From positions 19,761,700 through 19,825,699 of the forward strand of contig OZ037768.1 in assembly GCA_964035545.1 (NCBI GenBank): 64,000 nucleotides of DNA, given 5' to 3'. Positions 52,968-64,000 of the stretch are shown piece by piece. The position numbers and the translations under genes are program-made. This DNA is from Bugula neritina (taxonomy: Eukaryota; Animalia; Bryozoa). Every line of letters starts with the position of its first letter. The first letter of the stretch is position 1. The notes under the pieces are model-generated. The model searched no databases. It had not been told where the DNA came from and saw nothing but the letters and a program-made list of their open reading frames with translations.

Positions 52968-55900
52968 ACGTTCAAGAAGTTAGCCTTGTTATAAAACTTG
53001 TCAGTTAAATAGGTGTGCACACAGCTGTTGTTGACAGGGATACCTTAGATTTTAATATCTAAATACAACTAACAGTATATAAGTTAACACTCTGTTGCAA
53101 AGTTAACTATAATATAGACTCTTGACATTCTATGTTTAGACTTTCAACAAAAGTTGTATAATTTGCAAATAACTATGCAGGTTATATTGTGTAAACTAAT
53201 ATAATATTATGCAGATATGGTGGCTTCCATTGAGCTATAAGTTTCAGTTCATTGTTGACTTGGATCAAAACTTTGTGTATACTATATGCATGCGTGAACA
53301 AGGTATCACAGTCTAGTGTTTGGAATGGAAGCATTGAAAACTGCATACTGTATTCACGGAAGTTTTTTTATTTTGAAAGCATGCAATTAAACCAATTAAG
53401 ATAGTAGCTATAATACAACATGCTATAGAATTAATGGAATTTTGTGGAAGAACTAGGATGGCACTTTCACTTCTAAAATGTATTTTGATGTGAAGGATTT
53501 CTCTTTTTAGAGTCTTTCAGCGATTTTTTACTTTCTTGCGATGATTTTTGGCATCCATGTTACATAATAAATCATACTTCTGCCTTAACCCTATGCCTGG
53601 CCTTAGTTAGCTCTACCCCTTGCACATATTCAATTAATTAATTAGTAAGTATTCTGTTTTGATGTGCAACAATTACTTTCACTCTTGAAGTTTAAAAAAA
53701 AACAAAATCTAGCTGCATGTAAACTGAACTTTTATTTCAGCATTATATTTGAACATTTTAATAATTCTTACTATATTTTTCCTTTCAAAACTTTATCGGT
53801 TACAAAAACTTCAAATAACAATAAATTTTAGCTTTGAAAAGTTAAATTCCTATTTAAAATGGGTGAAGGGTAAATGCAACGCATGGTCGACCACTTCCGC
53901 TGTGGATATGTCAGCTCAAATTGCTGCTAAGAATGTCCAAAAAAGCGATGGACAACGTTGTCTCTAATCTCTACAATAACATTACCTTCTTGATTATGCT
54001 TTTCTAACTTTTAAGCTGTGTATCTTTTTTAGTTTTCGTGCCTATATCATCTCCATATAGTTAAAAAGCAATTAACATGATTGATTTAATTAACATAATT
54101 ATTTGCTATACTCTGTAGAAAACATTATATAGCCAAGTGTAGACCAGGCCTTGCATGTGAATTTAGCTTGAGATTCAACAAATAACCTGTTTATTATATT
54201 ATTATTATATAGATTGATTGTGGAATAACAGTCTAGAACTCATAGGTCCAACTATACCAGTGACATGTGTAGCAGGTGTGCTGCAGCATAGACGAGTTTT
54301 ATAATTGATTTCACAGCAATCAGAAATAACTGTTCAATTTTCTGAATTATCTTTTATACTAAATAAGAAGCACAGCTAATCTTTGTGGAGAAATATCCAA
54401 GGTAACAAAGGTGAAGTGAAAGTTTTGCAATTTTGTATTCCTTGCTTACATTACATATAGAGAACACAAATTACTAGACCACTTGACCCTTGAGGTCAAA
54501 GTATAATGCAATTTTACTATTACTGTATATAAATTTAGATTAGCGCTGGCTGTTACAAAATAGGGCTAGTTTACTTGGTCCGTCTTCTATACTCAAGTAT
54601 CATTTTGAGGTACTTTGGCCTGATAGTTTTACTCACTAGAAAAACATATTATTGTGTCATGAAAATTGTTTCTTAATAATGCTGGGTCTTCCACTTCTTT
54701 AGAGCAGGGTGTAAATTTTTGCTTAGAATGGATCCATAACATACTTTGTTTGGAACATTATTGCTATTTTTGATGTCACACCCATTTCTCATTAAACAAT
54801 TTTCTGCTAGAACTTAAACAACAATATCTCGCCCTTTCACGTGAAGAGCGAGGTTAAAGAACTCGCTACCAGTCATTGCAAAACTTTGATTCACGACCCT
54901 GGATATTTGTCATAATAACAGTAGCTGTAGCAGAACATGCCAACGGGGTGTCGTCACTTATGCAAAAGGCTTATATATGCCTGACCTATGGAAATGGAAA
55001 TCCCAGGAGTTCACTTCGTAATTTAACAAGACTAGAGTTCAATATTATCATTTCAATAGCCCATACATTATGCTCAGTGAGACCTCCACAGCAAGAGTTA
55101 TGAAAGTGACAGACTGACTCTAGATTGCAGCCAGTGTTTGTAAAAAATAAAAACAGAATACCCCCATCAAAAATCAATTCTTCTAAATGCATTCTAACAC
55201 TGCTGAAGTTGAACGTAATATACAAAGGTTATATATAATTACTGATGGTATTGGTCACTAACAAGCTCTATGGAGTGGGCAAATACAGTTAGCAACACAA
55301 TCCAAAGTAAATAGTAAAATATTTTAGTATTGTTCTCTATGCTTACAAATGAGTGACTTTAAATTTCATTTGCAGTAATGATAACCAACACCCTTTTGTT
55401 ATCAATAGTAGGCTACTTGAATTTCCCCTCAAACTAACCAGCAATAAATTAAATCAGAAAATCTATTTATTAAGGAGATGCGAAAACACAAGCATATGGC
55501 TGGCATCTTCAGGTCAATAGTTCAACAATTATAAGGACTCTTTCAGTAACTCAACTGGTATTGACTTTGTCTTATAAGGAATTGTCAAACTACTCCAAAG
55601 GAATCTCAATATAAGTTTATATCACTGAAATGTGTACCAACACCGCAGTCACTCCATGACAAGTACAAGTAGATATACATCAGTAGTCAAGGTTTTTATT
55701 ATTGAGGATTTCAATAAAAACATTTTGTTAGACAGAAAGTCTCATAAGCCAATGACTACAGATTCATCCCAGACACATAATTACAGTATAGTTGTGCACT
55801 TTCTAGTTACACTGTTTCTAAAATGCAATAATATAGATAAACAATATAATATAACAATATGCTTCAAATTATTTGGATGAATCTTGATTTGGCGAATAGA

Positions 55901-56314
55901 AAGACTTAGTTACTTTAAAATATACACCTTTTCAGTATAAAACTATAAAACAATGATTCAACTAGCAGTAAATGAAAAATACTGTTACCTTGTAATGACA
56001 AAGAGGCACCAATAAGGTAACATTATATGTGTAATATTTTTCAGCATGCACCTGAAATATGTGGCGATTAGTTCACCATTCACTAATAACTATAATCTGT
56101 ATACTATAACTCAGATGTCAAGAACAAGTGTAGAAATAGAGCTACACAAAGTCATAGAAATATTCCCAATCCTGTAGAAAAAGTAGTACTGCGTGGATTT
56201 TGCACCTCAAGTCAATACTGCGTTTTCTTATCGAATAATAACTGTAGAACCTCTTTTTGAATCATAACTAAACCGTAGTTAAAATACTGAGCGCCAAGAG
56301 CGCAAGAAAATGTA

Positions 56315-56851
56315 CTATTTTCGAAGGTGTCCTGCCATCCATTCTAGACCTGGATACAAGCCTTCCCCGGTCAAGGCACAGCACGCCTGTATGTGGTACT
56401 TATGGTTCTTAATGGAAGTCAAGTTCATTTGCTGGGAGATCTCCGCCGCAGACATGGCACCCTTAACATCCTGTTTGTTGGCGAAGACGAGGATAGCTGC
56501 CTTGCGCAAGTCTTCGTGAGGTAACATCCTGTAGAGCTCCTCTTTAGTGACGGAGAGACGTTCCCTGTCGGTGCTATCCACGACTAGAATGACAAACTCT
56601 GTATTGTTGTAGTACGTAGTCCACGACGCCCGCAACGACTCCTGACCCCCAATGTCCCACATGAGAAAGCGGATGTTCTTCCACACCACCTCCTCAACGT
56701 TACTGCCGATAGTGGGTGACGTGTGCACCACCTCGTTCATCAGGAACTGGTATAGAATAGTAGTCTTACCAGCATTGTCCAGTCCTACTATAATAACCTT
56801 GTGTTCCTCGTTGGAGAACATACTCCAGAGCTTTGAGAAGAGAAACCCCAT
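56315..56851 (-). CDS. ARL5: ADP-ribosylation factor-like GTPase 5
   Basis: Uninterrupted 178-aa ORF: MG myristoylation start, [65 protein letters not shown] (ARL5 signatures). Confidence 0.97.
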   Translation of the reverse strand: MGFLFSKLWSMFSNEEHKVIIVGLDNAGKTTILYQFLMNEVVHTSPTIGSNVEEVVWKNIRFLMWDIGGQESLRASWTTYYNNTEFVILVVDSTDRERLSVTKEELYRMLPHEDLRKAAILVFANKQDVKGAMSAAEISQQMNLTSIKNHKYHIQACCALTGEGLYPGLEWMAGHLRK

Positions 56852-56934
56852 TGTTAGTAACTAGTTTGTAACCTACTAGCATGTGATGTAAGGGTTGTGG
56901 TTACAGAACTATCAAAGCAGCATCCCAGAGATAT

Positions 56935-59900
56935 CTACAGAGTACAGAGAGAACACAAGTAATAATAGTATACTATAGCAAACAACGATGATAAATCTGC
57001 CAAGACTGGGTTACCACATTGAAGCAGTACTATGGTATATAACAAGTTAGTGACCAGCTATGATAGGTTACAAATAAAATATAATGAAGTGTGGAGGAAA
57101 ATTTTGGACTTCCCTTACAAGCAATCAAATGATGAAGTCAATAATACTTTTTTCATATTTTTAGTTGAAACTATGAGTAAGGATGAACTCCTATTAACAG
57201 TTACTATGCAGTCAAAAGATAATAAATGCAATCACCAAGGTCAAGTAAGGGTAACAGCTTATTCACAGCCACTGAATTGACCTCAAATAACCCTCAGTTG
57301 GTGTACCCAGGTAACATGTTCAATTGGTTTAGATTAGACTAAGGTTCATGTAGGATGGTCTTATAGTGAACATTGAGGGGGGGGGGGTAATGCATACAGC
57401 AATTAATTGTCTAAAGTAATGAGCTAGTGGGTAATCTTCTATTTCTCGGAACATCAAAATTTGTAAATTATCATAATGATTAGCAAAACTTTTAAGAAAG
57501 TTGGTAAAATGCTGGACAGGTTTAACATGATATTTTGTATTCCCACTGACTCATCAGTTATCAATTTCATTATAATATTGGTAGAGTACCAAGTCCACTG
57601 ACTAAATACATTATGAATCATAAAACTATTGGTTATTTATACTACAAAATTTCAAATTATTAAAATTATTAGTATTTATCATCACTGGTTGTACTACAAT
57701 TATAATAATACACTATTGTATATTATATACTCATAACTAGTTACAATCACTAGAGTCTGTAGATAGTAAAGTAGAAAATATAAACTTAATAGTAAACACT
57801 GTAACAGTTTGAATAGATTATCACAGTTCAGTGGAGGTTATTGAATGTCTGTGAATTCACGAGGTGACTGTTATTGACAAGTATACAGCTACATCTAAGT
57901 GATTGTCTAATTGAGCTAATGATTAACCCATTGACCTGATGCTAAGAAATGTAGGTGAATAATGTTTACTAGATGTTATATTTAAGAAATGAATCAGGTG
58001 CACTGAGTCATCAAGGGAAACTGGAAAATTGAGCACAATATTTAAGGAAAAACCAAATCTAGAGCATCGCTAACTTTTGAAACAGAAACTGAAATAGTAT
58101 TTAACAGCAGCATAATATAACCTAGTGCAATGTTAACTTTTGTAGTAAATTCAAAACTGCATTAGTTACAGCTTGTGCAACTAAACACAATTTACTGAAA
58201 TTAAATTTTTACGAGAACCTACTCTATGGTATACTACAGGAATAAGACCTGCACTTTGAGATAATTCCAACAGCATATTATTGCCAAAAACATAAAGATA
58301 GACAGTGGATATAGTGGACATTAGACATACACCTTCAAAGTGCAGCAAACCATTGAATTGGTTATGTCTTCATAGTGCACATCAACTTATTGTTTACATA
58401 GATTTTCTTGTAATATAATAAGCAATTGGAGTATAAAAACATTCCATTAAATGAATAACCTTACACATAGTACCATCATTTAATAGATATTTAAGGGAGC
58501 AAACCTTGATAGCACTTCTTCATTCTATCAACAAGGAAACTACAAGTGCTTTTGCTATAGTTAATGTATTATTCAGTGAAGAGTTTCTGTATTTGAAACC
58601 ATTATAACCTTAATGGTAGTTTGCTCCATGCCCATTTGAAAATGCATTTGAAATAAATCATAAAGAAGCTGAGGGTGACAGCACTACTCCAACAGGATTG
58701 TGTGTAACTTAATAAAGAGGTTACAAGTTTATAAAATTCATAACCAATGAATGCAGAACTGAAATAAATATTACAATGATCATTTATCAGGTCAAATATC
58801 ACTATTACAGACACAAGACCTCCATGTTACAGCAGCAGCAGCAATGGAATTACATGTCAAATTTGCACACTAGCTTTATCACTGATTCATAATTAACTTT
58901 ATTATTAGACTTATTATAAACCACATAGATGTGAGTTCGAGAAAACAGGCATAACTACAAGATAAAGATTGTGAGCAGTATAAAGTTCTATAGCTAATCC
59001 AACTATTGAAACGTATAAAGTATGAAAAGTGCTTAAGGAAATTTTGGAAAGGTGGAAAAACCAAAGTATGAAACTGAGACATTATGGAAATTACAAATGC
59101 AGTTTCTCATAGCTTAAAATAAAAATCTAGTTATTATAACCTTTTAGCAAAATATGAATCCAAGAAGACTTTTCACATGTTTTTCCTATTTGGTGCAACT
59201 TTTTAGAAAACAAAACATGAAAAACTGATTTAAATAAAAATTCAATATTTTTGTGTCCTCAAATAGAAGAGGGGAGGGGTGATAGAATAGGCGTCATGTA
59301 ATATACTTGTTTGCAATTTTGTAATATAAAATATATTATAGAATAAATCGATTTGAAACTACTTTCTAATAAAAAACTGCTAGCTATTACAGAGAGGATA
59401 AAATAAAATTTAAAAACTATACATTATTCCAGTTTAAATTTGCCTACTTAGAGATTTACCCCAACTTTTGAAAGATGAAAAACAAATAATTTCATCAAAA
59501 GCCACATGTGTGATGGCATACTGTTATTGTATTTGTGTTAGCAATTGGGATAACCAAAACAATTACTATTAAGCAATTAACCATCAACAAGATGACCATG
59601 TATGATTTACAAATTAACCTATAATGATAATTTACCTAATTTTACTATTAACTTACATTTAGAGCTGAGTTTATACAGTGGATTCAGATGAAACTATAAC
59701 AGTAATTTGAAAGGAAGTACTAATAGCAAGGAGCATAGAGAATATGATGGTCAACTTGGAATAAATAATTATATGTTATCATCTTTAATATAGTCTAAGA
59801 GCCTGCTACTGATACTCATACAATTGTATGTATAAATATACACTGGTTGTAAAACCTAAACTGGAGAAATCTTGATGCTGATACTCATACTTGTACTTGC

Positions 59901-61254
59901 AAATAACCCAGTTATGATAGATACAAACTGAATGTGATAATCAACATTATAAAGTATAAGTGATGATGATATTCATAGTCATGTTGTTTACCATAGTTCA
60001 AACTTATCAACATAAACTCCAATATACATTAAAACCACAAACTTACACAGAACAATATTAATTGCAAATTATACTTGAAACTACTATTAGTATTACTATT
60101 AGTATTGATATTTATATTATAATTGCAGTTATGATAGCTTAGCTATGCATTAGTAATACTAATAGTAACACTAATAGTAACAGTATATACTATATAGTAA
60201 TACTTAGACCAATAATAAAACTACATTTTATCATTTTCTCTATTTATATCATTACGGTTATTACAGTTTCAAGTTCAACTATCAAGTATTTCTATTATTA
60301 TTATATTTAATCTTATAGTAAAAATAAAATTGAATGTAAAACTTTGAGTATATATATATTAATATAATAAAATTTAATACTTTTATTTTTAAGTTTCAAG
60401 ATTAAGTTAAAGTTGAACTCAGACTTATTCATAATGATAATAATAATCATAATGATAATGGCAATGATGATGTAATTGTAAAACTAAAACTAAAAATACT
60501 AGTAGGACGTTTACTAGAACTCAAAAAATTCAATCTGAATCTCCATCTGAACCTAACATCACTATAAATTTCTAGAGTGATACTTAGGCAGTGAAACTGA
60601 ATGACCCAGAGTAACTGTGAGTGATAGTCATACTCATAGTGATACCCATGGGCCATGACCATACATTAACATACATACATAAATTTCTAGAGTGATCCTC
60701 AGGCAGTGAAACTGAATGACTCAGAGTAACTGTGAGTGATAGTCATACTCATACAGTCATAGTGATCCCCATGGGCCCAGTCTAATACTCATAATGATAC
60801 TGAGAGTGATACTGATACTGGGTCTAATAGTAATACTTATAGTATACTCATACTGGTACTCATAGTAATACTGATAGTCACAGTCACTGATACTGATATT
60901 CATATTGGTTGTCACTGTGATTGTCATTGTGAGGCTCAGACTGAGACTGGATAAACTGCAAATTAAAACTGTAAAGACCAAAGAGTAACTTTTAATTCAA
61001 AGATTTCTGAGATTTAGATATGGTTCAATCTAAAAGTAAATTAGTATTACAGGTCCATCACCATGACCTGTGACCATGATGACGATAATCATAGTCATAA
61101 TCATAATGATAATGATAATGTTAAATTTATGATAATCATGATGAGCACGCAGGTGAACACTTCTACTAGGTCTAGTAGTACTATTACTATAACAATAAGT
61201 ATAACATTAACTATGATCTGAACAAAAAGTAGACGGATTACGATTTGTGAATAC
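56935..61254 (-). other. Putative 5'UTR intron of ARL5
   Basis: Minus-strand acceptor tctctgtactctgtag| 83 nt upstream of the ATG; candidate donor ctaacg|gtattc at 61254 near a CpG-richer patch at 61380-61460. Extra UTR exons cannot be excluded. Confidence 0.45.
60566..60778. repeat. Local tandem duplication, ~115-bp period
   Basis: aaatttctagagtgat..aggcagtgaaactgaatgac.cagagtaactgtgagtgatagtcatactcata..cccatgggcc occurs twice. Confidence 0.85.
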
Positions 61255-62334
61255 CGTTAGAGTTAATTGATATTAAATAAATAACTCCAATCTCAAGCTC
61301 AATCTGGAATCAAGATTCAACATCGACTGAAGTAAAACTATAATGGAACAGCTGCTTAGGTAATCTAAAAATTTGCCAAGACGGTTCACTGAAGCGAGCC
61401 TACCATCAACTAGTTTTTTGAGACGCGGTGTCAACATTTGCCCGAGCTAAAAAGACGTATTGGGGAGTTATCCTGCCCATAAGAAGACTTCATGAGAGCT
61501 CCCAGCTGAATGCTATAGTATTGTGCAATGTCAAAAATGTCAAAATATTATTTTGATATTCATGTTATAAATTGAATTATTGTGTATGACATGTATAATT
61601 ACATGAAAAATCAAATCTAATAAATTCTACCACACACATTATCCTAACTTTAAAGATATTCTAGTTGCAATACCACTGGATTAAACAAAAAAGACCATTT
61701 TTACTCCAGGGTGACCATTGCCTTTTAGGACACGTTACAAAATCTTTAAACATGATTATCGGGCCACTTTAGTTCATTAATCAAGGTAGAACAATTAATG
61801 TTGATATTGATTTCTGAAAAAAATAAAGCTTCTATATTTATATATATTACAAGTTGATATATTATAGTAAAATATCATGCTACACTTTGGTAGCATGAAA
61901 TTGAATAACTTTATGATGAAAAGTTTCACATCATAACAGCCAATGTTTATATTATAATACACGAATGGGGTGTGCGTATGTGTGTGTAATATATAAAATA
62001 TAAAATGTTTATTAGTGTACTTATTCGAAAAGATTATTTTGCAAAGCAAAAAAATATAATATTTTTGGACTTATCCCCCCTTTAGTTTGGAGTTGTGTGA
62101 TTATCACTACAAAGTTTTCTTCAGTCAATGGGGCTAAGTTTCTACTAAATAATTTAGCAACAAGTTTTTTGAGTGGAATAAAGGGTAACAAATAATTGCA
62201 TTATACTATAGGCAAATACAAATACATAACTTACTGAATATTTTATTATAATTGCTGCTAGAATATCATCAACCTCAAAGGGTTACCTTAAAGGCCACAT
62301 ATCACTCTGATCAGCTTAAGCTTATAGTGATAAA

Positions 62335-62481
62335 AATGTTGCTAGAAGCAACCCCGAATTGAGGGTGACTGAGCGCAAAATTTGTATTATAAACATCGTT
62401 GTCTAAACCCACAAAGCCAAAGTTGGGAGCCTAAACCAATACACTCAATGACCACCAAGTCGGTGCTGCTTCCACCACTTT
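62335..62481. mobile_element. Hairpin element family A copy 5 (diverged)
   Basis: gctagaagcaaccccgaattgagggtgactgagcgca ... acactcaatgaccaccaagtcggtgctgcttc. Confidence 0.65.
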
Positions 62482-62670
62482 TGTAGTAACGACTGTAATA
62501 GTTGGGTAACTGCACACTCCATCACCGTGATCATCATGCATCTTGCGATTATCATTATGTAGACTTTTCAGCATTTTTACTTTGAAAACAACTTAATAAT
62601 TATAATTGCTATATCAAATTTTCTTGCAGTTAGACAGTAGACATAGCTTTCAAAGCAGGTTAAATAGAAA

Positions 62671-62698
62671 ATGGCGCCCAAACCTAGATATGTAGAAG
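62671..62698 (+). CDS. MORF4L1: Probable first coding exon of mortality factor 4-like 1 (MRG15 chromodomain protein)
   Basis: AAAATGGCG (YY1/Kozak context), MAPKPRYVE-G then strong phase-1 donor aag|gtaagc. Resembles the MRG15 N-terminus (MAPK..PKFQEG). Only 9 codons visible, so identity is tentative. Confidence 0.55.
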
Positions 62699-63392
62699 GT
62701 AAGCTCAAGCTTGAAGTTGAAGCGGTTAGTGTTACACTGACTTAGTGATAGTCTTACAGTTAGTGTTACTGTTAGTGTTACTCATACTGTGTTAGTGTTA
62801 CTGTTAGTGTTACACTTGGCCTTGCCGTTACTGTTAGTGTTGGTGTTTATTTCACATGTCTGTGTGAGAGTGAATTGTCATTTGTGATTGTCATTGTGAC
62901 ATTCGCATTGAATTTCAATTTGATCACATTCATGATTCATCGTGGTTGTTCATAATAACTGACTTTGAGTTTGGCCATTCACTTTCAGTTTCACTGATTC
63001 ATGTTCCAGTTCTGAATCTGATGTTAGCTTTAATTTTGAGTTTTAGTTTAACTTTCAAATTTAAGTTGTGTTTATGACTTTATCGGCTCTTGCAGTTGCC
63101 TTTTACTTTTAGTTTTACTTTTAATCTTAGGAATTGAGATATTATAATTATTATTTTATCATACTTATACTTATAGTTATACCCTAGTTATGAATATGTG
63201 ACTGAGTGAGTTTTGATTAAATATAAATATTGCGCATTAAACTTGAAAGTTAAAAGACTTGTTAATTATTTAATTTTATGTTAGACTTACTCTTAGTCTT
63301 AGTGTTACTCTAATTTTATTTTTGAGTTTTTGACTTGTAGACCGCTTCTTTCATCTTCAATTTGTCATGACTAATCTGGTTGTCGCTCAATC

Positions 63393-63882
63393 TGGTGACG
63401 CGCTATATTTTGAAAATGACAATTGGGAAACACCTATTTGGGAAATGGACAAATTACCAATAGACAATTCGAAAATAGACAATTGGAAAATAATCATTTG
63501 GAAAATGACAATTGGAAAATAAAGAATATTCAACATGGTCTAGTCTGGAGGTGACGTTTGGCATCTGCCCAGGCTCAAATTTACTGTAAACATGGGCACT
63601 TCAATTGGAACTATTCGGTAACTAATTCTACTTCCATAATAACCTAACTGATTCGTCCTTTATATTTGTTTTCGAAAGCTATTTTGGACCTGACCAGATG
63701 TTGAACGCCTCCTCCGGCCTAAGCCATGTTGAATATTCTTCATTTTCCAAATGTCATTTTCCAAACATCTATTTTCCAATTATCTATTTTCTAATTGTCT
63801 ATTTTAGAGTTGTTTATTGGTGACTTGTCGGTTTTCCAAATAGGTGTTTTCAAATTGTCATTTTCAAAATGTCGTGTCACCG
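63393..63882. mobile_element. Foldback-like TIR element (family D) copy 2
   Basis: ggtgacgcg..ttttgaaaatgacaattg arms pair with caaattgtcattttcaaaatgtcgtgtcacc; more 15-bp subunits than copy 1, same central spacer. Confidence 0.82.
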
Positions 63883-64000
63883 TAACTATTAGTTAGTTTG
63901 AAAGACAATTCAATTCAGATTGACTAGGACGCATTATTAGTTGAGTTAACCTAAGATGTTTTTCTCGGAGCTTTGACTTAATGTGATGTAACTTGGCAAC

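Noticed and set aside
37000-56000. Hox gene or Hox-associated miRNA (e.g. mir-10) near Evx
   Set aside because: No second homeobox (no further WFQNRR-type exon) or recognisable mature miRNA seen by eye; a covariance-model search would be needed to exclude one fully.
56310-56864. Plus-strand ORFs 56310..56519 and 56652..56864 (also antisense ORFs 6832..7044, 36648..36983, 43683..43925)
   Set aside because: Antisense shadows of real coding exons with no recognisable motifs.
60447-60981. Minus-strand ORFs with alternating residues (YEYQYEY, SLSLTMTITV)
   Set aside because: Dipeptide periodicity is a by-product of the 6-bp periodic DNA rather than a protein.

Overview
AT-rich, intron-rich animal genomic DNA, most likely a marine invertebrate/lophotrochozoan; the species cannot be determined from sequence alone. 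Gene order from hand-spliced models: 3' end of CFAP100/CCDC37 (+), HDHD5/CECR5-like HAD hydrolase (+, with a U12-type minor intron), LASP (LIM-nebulin-SH3, +), an intron-containing TSSK kinase (+), even-skipped/Evx homeobox (+) in a ~19 kb gene-poor interval, ARL5 (-, intronless CDS with a 5'UTR intron), and the probable first coding exon of MORF4L1/MRG15 (+, head-to-head with ARL5). Repeats: a Zator-like transposon derivative, Harbinger-type MITEs, a foldback-like TIR family, a ~150 bp hairpin family (5 copies), a tRNA-derived SINE family, and many micro/minisatellites. Most notable observations: (1) degenerate 6-bp-periodic DNA just downstream of the first splice donor of four putatively broadly expressed genes, but not seen at Evx or TSSK; (2) complementary (ACT)n and (AGT)n tracts bracketing a 34-nt frame-shifting LASP exon; (3) LASP-Evx-ARL5 linkage echoing the vertebrate nebulin-family/ARL5/Hox-linked paralogons; (4) the U12 intron. 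All family assignments are from recognition of motifs, not database searches.
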